The notes: generated by a model not told the origin, from the sequence alone. A stretch of 64,000 bases of DNA from Eledone cirrhosa (GCA_964016885.1 OZ024744.1:87110001-87174000); one strand, 5' to 3'. Shown: positions 26,946 to 40,236, counted from the stretch's first letter. Numbers and translations are program-made.

Positions 26946-27367
26946 GATGGAAGCCAATGATGTTTACCGATTCTATTTTGGGGGATACCTTTCGCCGTTA
27001 TTCAGAGAGTGGGATTGGACAGTTGCATTTGATCTAAACGTTATTCCCCTGTGTTGCATGAGCATGAATGTTTGCAACCCCAAAATGTAATCTTTTATTT
27101 TTATTTTTTTTATTTTTTCAGCATATGCAGAAATGATTATAAGTCTTCGGCGAGGAAAAAGTCCTGTGTGTACCACTTATGTGTGATGGCAATTCCTAAA
27201 ATTGTATCTATCTCTCTTTATATAAATGTGTGTATGTATGTATGTATGTATGTATGTATGTATGTATGTATGTATGTATGTATGTATGGATGGATGTATG
27301 TATGTATGTATGTATGTATGTATGTATGTATGTATGTATGTATGTATGTATGTATGTATGTATGTAT

Positions 27368-27976
27368 GTCAGGTCACCAGTTGGTGCTACTGGTAACATG
27401 TATCCCAGTACAACCTGTCTCATGGTCGGATCGTTGGCGACTAAACTGGCAACCCTACCGAGGTTTCTTGGTGAGGAGGGTGACTTTGGACATCCTGCAG
27501 GACTAAAAACCAAACCTGTCAAAGGGTAAAGGAGCTCTTAAGAGTAATTGGCCATCCAAAATCACCGGAAGAGATGACCCCTTAGCCTTTGTCAAGGCAG
27601 AATTCTAGGAGAAGGAAAACTCTGATATAACACCTGCAACCCTGATGGTATCCAATGATGTTGACTTGTTATTCTTTTTGGTAAATATCATCTTGGTTAA
27701 GAGAGTGGGACTGGCTTTGTGCAGTGCCTTTGCTCACTATAAAAGCTTCACGGCACAGGCATTGCTTTACATCTGGAGATCTCTCTGCACTTGTCCTCAC
27801 ATGGTACCATGGGCCCAGCACTATGTGTCAATAATTGTCACAAGTGCAGTGTTTGTACCAGAGTTTTCAAGTCGCTGGCTGGACTAAAAAGCCACACTCG
27901 TTCAGCGCATCAGTAGGGGTTCTCCTACATGGATATAAAGTAGTGGCCGTACTCGAAAACGAGTTGGCAGCCACTA
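27368..27976 (+). mobile_element. Putative non-coding retroelement within (TATG)n
   Basis: Island of higher GC bounded by (TATG)n on both sides. Contains ctaggagaaggaaaactctga, which I recall from RTE-type 5' UTRs. Confidence 0.35.
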
Positions 27977-28689
27977 TGTATGTATGTACGTATGTTCTTC
28001 TGGTTTTATAATTTTATAAAATGTTTACCAATAGAGAGAGAGTCGGCTTCTAACATAAACAGAAGACTCTCTCTTTGAAATGTACACAACATCATCTAGG
28101 TAGATATGTATGTATGTCTGCATGTGTAGATATGTGTACAGGTATGGATGTTATTGTATGTGTGGATGTGTATGTTTTGAGTTATATGTGTGGATGTGTA
28201 TATGCTTAGTATCTGTACATGTGTAGATGCAGTTATTAGATGCAGAATTTTTGGAAGGTATGTATGTACGTATGTATGTAGGTATGCATGTATGTATGTG
28301 TATATATGAATGCATTTATACATATCCATGTCCACCTTCTTCAAACCCAGTGACTTTCACTCCTAGCTCAACTTCACCTCATTCCTACCCAATTATCTCA
28401 AATATTCCATCAAATACTCTCAATTCCTCCGCTTATACTACCTGTGCAATCTATCCCATCATTTCGACAAGACATGCGTATTACATGGCTAGACTGATCA
28501 TTCGGAGTGGTTAAATCACACACAGAGCAGAAATAATGAACACCTACGAAATGCATTTTATCTGCAGACACGTGAAATCTAAGCAAATCCTAAATAAAAT
28601 TAAAACACAATCATATATTCAGTACAACATATATATATATATACTTGTATTGTATGGTACCGTAACTACTGTTGGAGTCGTAGGGTCAC

Positions 28690-28950
28690 CGTATTTTAAG
28701 TCTGGCGAAGCCCATCCCTCTCCAGGTCTAAGCACAGGATATTTCTTCCAGTGAAATATCGAAAGTGTGAGAGACAGAAGAAATGATAAAGAGATACAAA
28801 GGAAGAATCGACCCCAGTCCTTTTTTGTCGACCTCGAAAGGATGAAAGGCAAAGTGGACCTCGGCGGGATTTGAACTCAGAGAACAGGGGAACCAGAACG
28901 AATACCATAAAGCAATCATCCGATGTTCTAATGACTCTGCCAATTCGCCG
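28690..28950 (-). mobile_element. Nin/Deu-type SINE with alternative 3' tail
   Basis: Reverse-complement head, B-box and core; tail shared with 19400-19490. Confidence 0.75.
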
Positions 28951-29254
28951 CATATATATATATATATATATGTATACACTACATACAATCCATGTTTGCA
29001 TATTATATGTCTATATATATATATAGAGAGAGAGAGACTCTCCATCTTGACCTGTATTTCTCACAACCTCTCATGCATATATATATTTTTCTTTTAGCAT
29101 TTTATTATGCGCTGTATGGATGGGATTAAGCAAACCCTAATGAATCTGGAAAAAGTCAAAACTAATCATTTTTTTATTTACTCCAAACTATCGAAAATAC
29201 TCTAGAATAACAACAGGAAGAAATTTCAGTTAAATAAATACAACTTTATTAACC

Positions 29255-29523
29255 ATGTCGATATATATGTTGTACGTAAAAGGAGAGTAAGATTTGCTGA
29301 CCACTGCCATCGTGCAACCTGTGAGGCTGTGTCCCCATTAGTACTTTGGAAAACACAAACAGTCATTAATAAGAGGGGGTGCAAGCTTTCCTATCCAGAG
29401 TTATCCATGTTATCCCAGAGATACTGGTATTGAAATCCAGGACTTGGCAACGGCAATAAACGACAGATCCACTTGGAGATCCCAGGTTGAGTCGATTTCG
29501 GCTGAGACGAATATGATGGTGAT
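29255..29523 (+). pseudogene. RTE-clade LINE 3' end
   Basis: VRKRRVRFADHCHRA..RDTGIEIQDLATAINDRSTWR, followed by a short gat-type tail. Confidence 0.75.
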
Positions 29524-30029
29524 ATGTGACCCCAGTGTGTGTGTGTGTGTGTGAATATTTGTGTGCGTATGTGTGCTCATGTGTGTGTGTGTGTGTGTGT
29601 GTCTACGTGTGAGTGCGTCTATGTGTAGTAAGTCAGACAATAGTAAAAATGTGTGGAGTGATTAAAAGAAGATCAGGATGCACTATGTTTTGCCTACATG
29701 GAAAAGAAAATATTATACATGAGGTAATAAATATTTATCTAGACTAGGGGGCTCTAACACGGAGCTTGCAATCAACTTTTCTATGACCACAGTAGAACAA
29801 GTTTTATGATTAATATTTTCCTTAAGCATGGTAATTTGGAAAATTTGGCCTACAGTTTGTATTAATTCACGTATACCACTAACTAACATATACGTATTCA
29901 TTACAATTCTGGCCCTCTGGAAATTATCTCTCGTCGTTTTACGTTCATAACATTGTCATAACTTTCGAGCTGAAAGTACACTGTGTAATATGTATTTTAG
30001 AACATAAGGTGGCGACCCTGACTTTGAGA

Positions 30030-30313
30030 GAGAGATATACCGGCCTCCCACGCATATCTGTCCTTGTACGTAAAAGGAGAGTAAGATTTTCTGGCCACTG
30101 CCATCGTGCCACTTATGAGTCCGCATTAGTGCTTTAGAAACCACAAGCAGTCACTAATAACAGGGCGCGTAAGCTCTCCTGTCCCAATGTCATCTCCAGA
30201 GATTCTGGCATTGAAATCCAGGACTTGGCAACGGCAATGAATGACAGAGCCACGTGGGGATAAATTATTGAGTCCACTTCGACTGAGGCCGCCGGATGAT
30301 GATGATGGTGATG
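30030..30313 (+). pseudogene. RTE-clade LINE 3' end, paralogue of 29255-29523
   Basis: VRKRRVRFSGHCHRA..RDSGIEIQDLATAMNDRATW with a (GAT)n tail. Confidence 0.78.
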
Positions 30314-31190
30314 CATTTTTTAAAGAACTTGCAAGGAAAACTGATTTAGAAATAGTTGATAACCAAGCACAAAAGATGAAAAATTCTGTTAAAATTTTAA
30401 CTTTCACTGCTTACTCTTGTCATATGTTATATATTTATTCATTGATTTCTTGGAGTTAAAAAGAAAATACTACGAGCTTTAATTGAGAGATGAAAAGCAG
30501 GAAGTTGTGAGTTTCATGAGTCGCTCAAAGACATTAGCAGCATAAGTGGAATGAACGAAATGAAATGGAAATGGAATTTGCTTCGTATTTTCAGTTTGCA
30601 GCCAATTTACCTCTTGTTCTACTGTAGTAGCAGTTTACAATGTGATTCAGCTATAATCACCGTATGTTCTATTTCTCTGTAGGGGGTAAAGGTGACGATA
30701 AGATTTGGAAAGAAATTAAACAAAGATTGACCACATAGGAGCATGGGTTGGTGCAACACGAAAACAAGGTGACCCGATTCACACCTCGGTAAAGGTCAGT
30801 GCAAATTATAACTAAATAAAATAGAAAAATAGTGTGACACCATCTGTCTTCAAGAAAGAGTCAGCTCTCCCTTACTTTATTATTAATCTATCTTGTGTAG
30901 GTTAAGTTGGTTATTTTTTTATTTATATTTTACATATGTTGCCTTTTTATTTTTACATGGCTCTTTCTTTTTTTTTTCTTTTTTTTTTTTGCTATCTATT
31001 CTGGCACTTTTCAGACAAGTAAGTGGGTGTGGTAAACTTGACAGTTTATATTCAATTCAAAAACGATCGGTTTGTATATTTTGGTAATGACGTGTCTATT
31101 AGAGAGCCTACCTCTACCACTTCTTACTGAGTATCTCTTTCACTCGCTTACAGATTTAAACACACACATATATACACAAACACATGCGCA

Positions 31191-31228
<38 letters not shown>

Positions 31229-31258
31229 CATACACACACACACACTCATGTATATGTA

Positions 31259-31315
<57 letters not shown>

Positions 31316-31429
31316 GTATATATATGTATATATATATTTAAGTATATATATATTAAATATATATATAAGTATATATATATATATTTATTATTTATGTATA
31401 TATATATATAAAGAAAAAAGATGAAGTCG

Positions 31430-31564
<135 letters not shown>

Positions 31565-31680
31565 AATATATAATACGCATAAACATACCCACACCCACAC
31601 ACAAAAACAAACACCTCACACCACTCTTAATACTATATCTCAGGCATGTCACATGCAGCTTCAATGTGTGTATATATATT

Positions 31681-31722
<42 letters not shown>

Positions 31723-31728
31723 TGTTTA

Positions 31729-31764
<36 letters not shown>

Positions 31765-32240
31765 AGGGAGGGGACGTGAGTGAATATTAATTGTTGTGTG
31801 TTTGTGTGTATGTGCGTGTGTGGATAAGTCTCTGTAACTTGATGTATATATGTGTATATGTGTATATATGTGTATATGTGTGTATTTATGTGCATTCGTT
31901 ATAACACGAGGAGACATCCAGCTATGTAATTGATACGGCAAGCAACACCTTTTTTTTCTTTCTCTTTTGTACGGTCTCTGTATCTTTGAGCCGAAAAACC
32001 AATAATTTGCGCATTGTTTACAATGTAACAACAACAAACCAATGTCAGATTATCAAGAAAAGGCAATTCTTTGAACACAGTAACAACATGACATGAGTAA
32101 AAGCATTGTAATATATTACTTAATTAGGAAGCCAGATGCCTAACATTTCACTCTTTACTATTATTTACATCTTAGTTTTACAGTTTTACATTCTCTTACT
32201 TCCTACCACTTTATTTATTTCTATTTCTCTATTGCTGTGT

Positions 32241-32309
<69 letters not shown>

Positions 32310-32415
32310 TGCGGCTGTGTGCACGTGTATATGTTTGTCTATCTGTATGTATATATATACATAAAAACATACATGCATATATCTATTTTTATATATATTT
32401 ATATATATTTATTAT

Positions 32416-32447
<32 letters not shown>

Positions 32448-32454
32448 GTATATA

Positions 32455-32493
<39 letters not shown>

Positions 32494-32654
32494 AAAAACA
32501 TACATATATCTATTTTTATATATATTTGTATATATATATATGTATGTATATATACTTATATGTATATATATATATGTGTGTGTGTGTGTGCAATATGTAT
32601 GTATATGTAAGTATATATGTATATGTTTATGTGTATATATATATATGTACATAT

Positions 32655-32686
<32 letters not shown>

Positions 32687-32789
32687 GTGCGTCTGTATGT
32701 GTGTGTGTATGTGTATGTATGTGTGTGTGTGTGTATGTGTGTGTGTGTGTGTATGTGTGTGTGTTTACGTGCTTGTGTTAAGCTACCCT

Positions 32790-33350
32790 CAATGTTAGAC
32801 CGTCGGGTGATGGGTACAGACCAACGAACAAACCTGAAGTTTCTGATCCTGCTGCGGAAATCTCCGCCAGAAACACTCTGAATTACTGCAGCAAGTGTAC
32901 GGGCTTTCTAGTGGTACACATAATTCAAAGAGGGGCGCGAGGTCGTAGAATACGACCCCATGAGGAGTTGAAGACCTTTAATAAACATAACTGACGTCAA
33001 TGTTGAGCACGTGAGGCAGGTGGTGCTTGGCGACCACCGGCTGACTTTTGAAATGATTATAAATGAGTTGGACATAAACCACGACAGCGTATGGAAGATT
33101 ATCATCGAATATTTGGATATGCGGAAGATCTTCGCAAATATGGTGCCGAAGCTGCTCAAAGACGACAAGAAGGAGCGGCGCTTGCAGGTGTATCAGGATA
33201 TCAGGGCGTGTCTTGAAACTGAACCAGACTTGGTGAGGAGAGTCATCACCAGTGATGAGTCGTGGATATTTGAGTGAGATCCGTAGACCAATTGCCAGAG
33301 CTGTCAGTGGATGAGTCCGGAGTCGCCGAAGCCGAAGTATGCAAGAAAAT
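32790..33350 (+). pseudogene. Mariner transposase relic (HTH region to first catalytic D)
   Basis: [36 protein letters not shown] (WVP-like) and VITSDESWIFE (TGDE motif), with stops and frameshifts. Confidence 0.9.
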
Positions 33351-33518
33351 CGCATTATTGAAACTCAGATATACATTTCTTGAATTCAGCCATGAAGAGC
33401 AATAAAACTATTTGTTATATATATATATATATATAATGAAAAATTGAACAGGGACAGAACAGAGAGGCAGTACAATAAATGTTTATTAAATTCACGCTCA
33501 GGAGAGTGGGGGTAGGTG

Positions 33519-33555
33519 GGGGACGACGTTTCGGGCATAAGCCCTTCTTCAGGTG
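33519..33555 (-). ncRNA. Minimal hammerhead ribozyme motif (PLE pLTR type)
   Basis: Minus strand reads ac-CTGAAGA-a-GGGC-ttat-GCCC-GAAAC-GTC-gt, with a palindromic ACGT stem III. AATAAA lies about 35 nt downstream, then (TA)n. Confidence 0.7.
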
Positions 33556-34393
33556 AGAAGTGTGTGGGAACAGAGTTCAAAAGGTGTGTAGGGGAGTGTT
33601 GGAGAGACATATAGCGAAAGGAAACGGTGCGAATGAAAAATTAAAAATTAACAAATAAAGACAAAAAATATATAATAAATAAAAATAAAGCATGATCAAA
33701 ATACAAGGAATGAGAAAATTTAAAAATAAAGGCATGATCAAAATAAACTGAAATTAAAAGGGGGGTAAACAGGTGGTGGAAGGGTGTGGGGTGAGTAGGG
33801 GTGGTGGCGGCTGGAGTGGGGAGAGGGAGACGGGGTGTCCGAGCGGGGAGGGCTGAAGGTGGTGTGTGTGGTTAGGTGTGCGTGTGTGTGTGTGTGTGTA
33901 TGTGAAAGTGAGGGTTGGGGGAAGAACGGGGTTGCATGTTCAGGAAGGTGTGTGTGGGGGGTGTTTTTGTGGGTCGGAGTGTCTGTGCGTGTGTGGATAG
34001 GGGGGTGGGGGGGAGAGGAATCAGGAGGCTGAGGGTGTAAATATGTGGTGGGAAGCACGTGTGTGTGGTTTAAGCGTGTTGTGGGTGTGGGTGGCGTGTG
34101 GATAAAAACATTTTTTTGGGGGTGTGTGTGTGGGTGAGTTATATAGGTGATGGTGTAAGAGGATGGTTGAAAAGTTGGTAAGTTCCACGGATGTTTGGAG
34201 ATTTGGTTAGAAGTCAATTTCGCGTGTGGGTAATCCAAGAAGCGGTGGTCGGAAGAGGAGAGATGTGGGGTGCGCGCGCAACAGGAAGTGGTCAGCAGTG
34301 GGAGTGCTGTGGTCAGTTGGTGCTGAGAGGTGGTCGGAAAGACATAGCAGCAGTCGGCGAGGATGGGTAGGTGTGAGAGTTGGAGTGAGGAGG

Positions 34394-34448
<55 letters not shown>

Positions 34449-34784
34449 TACATATACATACATATATATGGATAAACCCCGGTTAAGGCCTCCCACAACA
34501 ATGTATATATATGTATATGTATTATATGTATATATATATATATATTTTATATGTGTATATATGTGTATTTTATATATGTATATATATATATATATATGTT
34601 TTATATATATATATATGTATATGGGATAACAAGTTATCGTTATAAGTAATCCAGTTAGAGATTGTGAGTATTCTGCGTCGTGGATAGTTTAACGTACGGC
34701 TTTGTTTGACTCAACAAGATGCTTCCATAGTTAGGCAGCGATTTCGCAGTAATTTCTATGCAGGTTATACTTGGTGCAATAATA

Positions 34785-35087
34785 GTTAAAGAAAGAAGAG
34801 TAATATGGTTGTCTGTAAAATAAGGGCTTTATTTAAAGTACCGACAATTGTTTCGTTTATCAGATGTGTCCAGAGTTCGCTAATCGCTTGAGGTTGCGTC
34901 AATCGATCCCCAAAACATTGTTTACCACTGGTCAACACATCCGAGTATGTAGATATGAAAATAATTCACTCGAGGCAAGACTTATTTAGAAAAAACAGCC
35001 AGCGAACTGTTCAGCGAAACAATTGTCAGTACTTTAAATAAAGCCCTTATTGTACAGCCAACCATGTTACTCTTCTTTCTTTAGCTA
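34785..35087. repeat. Inverted repeat, about 72-bp arms, each carrying CGAAACAATTGTC
   Basis: 34785-34855 mirrors 35016-35087. Lies within TA-rich sequence. Confidence 0.85.
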
Positions 35088-35096
35088 TATGTATAC

Positions 35097-35163
<67 letters not shown>

Positions 35164-35586
35164 TGTGTATATATATATAGAACGGCGATGAATTAGTTTT
35201 GCGAGGTTTTTGATATGAAATCGTGTGTCGAAACAAATATTGTTATACTTAGGGATAAACTATATATATGTGTTTGTGTCTATATTGTATCTGTATTATT
35301 TTTTACCGTTGGTCAGTCAATGGCAACATTGAGGACCGAATAAATTAGATTACCGATATAAAAGACACAGAAGCGAATTGCGAAAACCAACCAAACTGTG
35401 AGTGTTTTCTGTTATTAATTCTGGCAATATTACACAAATATGACCCTCCCCAAGTATAACGATATATATATATATATATAAGAATTAAAATACTTGAGTG
35501 CGTTGGAGTAAAACACACTCGTCATATTATAGAAATGACACTATCGGATATAGCACAATGTAATAAATATATATATATATATATAT

Positions 35587-36843
35587 AAAAAGTTTGTCCT
35601 TCATCAGTGATCTTCCAGCCATCATAGGCATTTCATCGCTTTAAAGACCATATACCTCCGGTTGGTGCGAGCAACGGCTAAAAAAAGTCGTTGGGACACG
35701 TAAATAAAGGGGACGCGAGGGTAAACAAACAAAAGGGTGAAGCAACAGAAAGTGAGGAAGAAAGAGACAAGTCCCAGATTTCTATGAATTTAAATTCGGT
35801 GAAATCGTGAACGAGAGAATAAAGACCATCAAACCTGGTTGAAATGTGAGCAAGGAAGGAATTTCGCACAGGTCTAACGGGAGGAAGAAGGGGTCTGGTC
35901 TGCGAATTCGGTAAACATAAGTTCTGTGAAATCGTAGACGAGAGAGAGAAAAAAATTCATACCAGCTTGGCCAGCGTGCGAGAGAATAGAATTACACACA
36001 GGTCAAACGGGAAGAAAGGGGAGGAGGCGAGGTAGTGACAGAGAATGAGTGAGTGAAGGGTGAGGAAGAGGCTAACAGAGAGAGAGACTGCTAGAAAGGG
36101 TAATGATACATAGAACGAAAAAGACGCGTAGCAGCAGAGGAAAAAATACGTGTAAATATGATAATAAGGGCGCTGCGGAGTTGCAAATGGGTTACATATG
36201 AAAAAAGTTTGTCCTTCCGCAGCGCCCTTATCATATTTACACATATTTTTTCTCTGCTGCTACGCGTCTTTTTCGTTCTATGTATCTTTACCCTTTCTAG
36301 CAGTCTCTCTCTCTGTTAGCCTCTTCCTCACCCTTCACTCACTCATTTCTGTCACTACCTCTCCTCCTCCTCTTTCTTCCCGTTTGACCTGTGTGTAATT
36401 CTTTTCTCTCACACGCTGGCCAAGCTGGTATGAATTTTCTCTCTCTCTCGTCTACGATTTCACAGAACTTATGTTTACCGAATTCGCAGACTAGATCCCT
36501 TCTTCCTCCCGTTAGACCTGTGCGAAATTCCTTCCTTGCTCACATTTCAACCAGGTTTGATGGTCTTTATCCTCTATCGTTCACGATTTCACCGAATTTA
36601 AATTCATAGAAATCTGGGACTTGTCTCTTTCTTCCTCACTTTCTGTTGCTTCACCATTTTGTTTGTTTACCCTCGCGTCCCCTTTATTTACGTGTCCCAA
36701 CGACTTTTTTTAGCCGTTGCTCGCACCAACCGGAGGTATATGGTCTTTAAAGCGATGAAATGCCTATGATGGTTGGAAGATCACTGATGAAGGACAAACT
36801 TTTTTCATATGTAACCCATTTGCAACTCCGCAGCGCCCTTATT

Positions 36844-36850
<7 letters not shown>
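35587..36850. mobile_element. Large fold-back element in (TA)n (family C), about 615-bp permuted monomer in each arm
   Basis: 35587-36217 is approximately the reverse complement of 36216-36850. Partial copies at 48866-49152 and 51770-51930. Confidence 0.8.
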
Positions 36851-36882
<32 letters not shown>

Positions 36883-36884
<2 letters not shown>

Positions 36885-37698
36885 TACCATTAAAGCCCGG
36901 CGTTGCTCAGGGTCATTAAGTTACCAAAGTTAGGTTGAACCACCCATTTTATGGCAGCACTTTTTTGTCTGCCAGGCACTGGGTGAATGAATTGCAGACC
37001 TGGAAGCATGAGCTGCGCCAGCAGTGACAATTGTAGTTTCGCCTATGGATATTATCTCTATGCAAAAAAGTGTTGAAATTTATTGTTTCACAGTACTTGC
37101 GCAACACGCGCGTAGACGATGCCAGCCGAACAACAGAGCTGCGATGGAGTTGTTCTGCATGGTTGTCTGTGTGTTTTCTAAATTTAAGACAGTAGGGAGG
37201 GTTGTGATATGAGGGAGAGTTAGCTGTAGTTTCTAGCAGGTTTAGTAACCTCATAGAGGATATGTGTTTTCTAAATTTAAGACAGTAGGGAGTGGTGTGG
37301 GGAGGGGTGTGATATGGGGGAGAGTTAGCTGCTGTTTCTAGCAGGTTTAGTAACCTCATAGAGGATATGTGTTTTCTAAATTTAAGACAGTAGGGAGTGG
37401 TGTGAACGGACAGTATCACCATCAAGCTTGGAAAGTGAAAGTAGCAGTGAGTATGAAGTTGTATAGATTTTGAATGGTAGTAGAAAGAGTTCAGCACTTT
37501 AAATCAGAGAGAAAAATCGTAAAATATTGAGTTTTATCTATTTTTTGCGTAATTGTGGGTGAAATTGAAAAAATTATTTGCGTCAAGACGCAATCGAAAG
37601 TATTTCGAATCCTGAATTGTAAATTTCAATTGAAGAAATTCTATATCGTAGATTTCTATAACGAAGGAGCATGACCACACACTGAGCTTTATAGATTA

Positions 37699-37700
<2 letters not shown>
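36883..37700 (+). mobile_element. Putative non-autonomous Helitron/Helentron-type element
   Basis: 5' tactac..aaagcccggcgttgctcaggg (subterminal palindrome-like), 3' acactgagctttatagat, internal tandem duplications (tgtgttttctaaatttaagacagtagggag x3); embedded in TA. Confidence 0.5.
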
Positions 37701-37733
<33 letters not shown>

Positions 37734-37807
37734 TGTGTGTGTATATATATGTGTGTGTATAAACACACACACACATATAATAAATGTAATCTGGGTTTTT
37801 CGAATAT

Positions 37808-37995
37808 TAATAATTGTTTCTACATTTGGCACAAGGTCAGCAATCATCCCAGTGTATTACTGGTACTTTATTTTATCGACCACGTAAGGATGAAAGGCAA
37901 AGTTAACCCCGGCGGGATTTGAACTCAGACCATAAAGGGCCGTAACTCTTTGTTGCAAAGCATGGCGTCTGACCCTCTATCAATAATATTCAATT
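37808..37995 (-). mobile_element. Nin/Deu-type SINE
   Basis: Reverse-complement tail, core and B-box. Confidence 0.85.
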
Positions 37996-39010
37996 CGTTC
38001 GTAATCAGGCAAACACATGTTTACATGCCGACACAAGAGCAAGAATGGCGGAGTCATTCTACTGACATGGCTTTAAAGAGGCTGTTTGCGTGAATACGAA
38101 CGAATAATAACGAATAATAACAAGATAATGACATCACATACCATCTTACTTGGAGCTTACTGTCCAGGGCTAACTCCTACACGGGAGGACGCCGCCCGTG
38201 TAACCTATGCTCGGAGGTAACAATACAAATGTTGTTTACCTAGGACCAACTCCTAAACAAAAAAGACGAACTTGTAACCGCATGTAAACACCGATTGCGT
38301 AGGACTTACCTCGCTTTCAAACCCCCTCATGACCCGGATGGGTAGACAGTGTCTGTAACATCCTTCTTTTCCCCACTTGCCGAACAATATAGGGGAAACC
38401 CCAGCATATATAGTTAGATGTAATTGTTTTCTATTTTCCCTTTTTCCCTTTATCCCTGCCTCTCACTTCCTTCCACTCCCTCTCCTCTTCCTTTTCCTTT
38501 TTCCTCTTTCGCTTACCCTGAGACAGCCCATCGGGCTTTTGTAGGCTCAGTACCCCACCCCCGTGAATTCTATATAACATTGGCAGAAAACGCAACACCA
38601 GCTAAAAATATAGCAGATGTTTTAGACTCTAGATTTTTAATTTTATAATTTACAGATTCCTGTAGAATTCTATTTTCGCTTACTTTCTAGCTAGCCTAGG
38701 TCATCCACACTCCTTAGAAGTTGCTGTATAGAATTCACATTCTACGCTTGACCGGCTTCACCCACTCCCTCATTGTTCTACAGGCAAGCTCAGCCACCTC
38801 CACCCCTACCCACTACCATGAAAGACTTAACTGTGTTTACAAGAAATTTCGACCAATCCTTTTGAAATACCTGATTATCGCATGCCCATATATGGAATTA
38901 CCCCTTGAAAAGCTCGGCTATTTCGTTACCACGCTAAAAATTGAATTTAGTCCAGAAATAGACGTCGAAACGGCTTGAGCTCTGCCGTCGAGGTCCTGCA
39001 CCTTTTCCTA
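37996..39010 (+). mobile_element. 5'-truncated Penelope-like element (GIY-YIG C-terminus plus 3' UTR/pLTR)
   Basis: 38124-38294 encodes DNDITYHLTWSLLSRANSYTGGRRPCNLCSEVTIQMLFT*DQLLNKKDELVTACKHR, the W..CNLC.E..LN...E...CxH tail of PLE endonucleases. Ends in a family B arm and (TA)n. Confidence 0.75.
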
Positions 39011-40135
39011 TATATATATATATATATATATGTGTGGATGGGGGTGTTTGGGTGTTGATATGTATATATGTACATTGTTAATTTATAGAATAGCATTTGT
39101 TGTTAAATTAGCGCTTTAGGGATGAGCGTAGTTGTTTTGAAGAAGCAGACCGTGTCACCAAAATGTATCGATTCAGCTAGATTGCCTCGTCGAGCCGGTA
39201 CATTTACTGAACATAAAGCTCTGCATTGTCTCTCTACGTGTTCTCGAACATATATTGATATTGATAAAAACGAACGAATTTATTTGATAACCTAATACTT
39301 TACGATAATGAGTAGTGTTGCAATAACTGAAAAACAAAGATACTGTCATGTTATATAGTAACGAAACCTACATTATTGATTATAATAATTACAGCAAAAT
39401 CTCTTCGCCCACCACTCAGAGCAGACTAATGTGTATGGTCTGTATTTCAGTGAAGTTTTAGATTAGAAAGATCCACGTTTAACACGGCCCCTCATTGACA
39501 AAATAAAGAAAGCCAACCATTCTTTGCTGCATTTAATGATTTCACAATGAGATTCGCTAGTATTCGTTGTTCAGGACACTTCAAGAGGTAGTTAAATATT
39601 TCCACATAGACAAATTGCTGTTTATATCTCCTCTGCTTTAGACTTGTTTATCTCTGCCGCTTGACATTAAGAACAAGGCGATGTTGACTAATCTTGAAGT
39701 TGGTACTAGTGGCGCACTGGAAAAAAAAGGAAAAAAAAAGGTTCTGACGCCTGTTGATGCTGTTGCTGGATATACCTCCCTCCAGGTGTATACCTGTGTT
39801 TATGTGTGGGTGTATGTGAATGTGTATATATATATATATATATATGTGTGTTTGTGTGTATTAACCTGAGGGTGTCGTAGAGGCACCGTAGTGACATACG
39901 GCGTATCTTGAGTTATCATTTAACCTTGGCGGGGGCCCATCATCTCTAAACACAATCGATATCTTCCTGTGAAAGTGAAAGGGAGTGATAGAGAAGATAG
40001 AGGAATAATCGATCGCAGTACTAGATTGGTACTTTTCTATCGTCCTCAAAACGATGAAAGGCAAAATTGACCCTAACGGGAGTAGGACTCGGAACGCAGA
40101 GAGACAAATATTCTACCCGACGTTCTAACGACTCT

Positions 40136-40138
40136 GTG

Positions 40139-40211
<73 letters not shown>

Positions 40212-40236
40212 CAGCAGCAGCAGCAGCAGGAGTAGC

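Noticed and set aside
36740-36800. Complete hammerhead in family C
   Set aside because: CTGATGA and a GAAA are present, but I could not form stems II and III.
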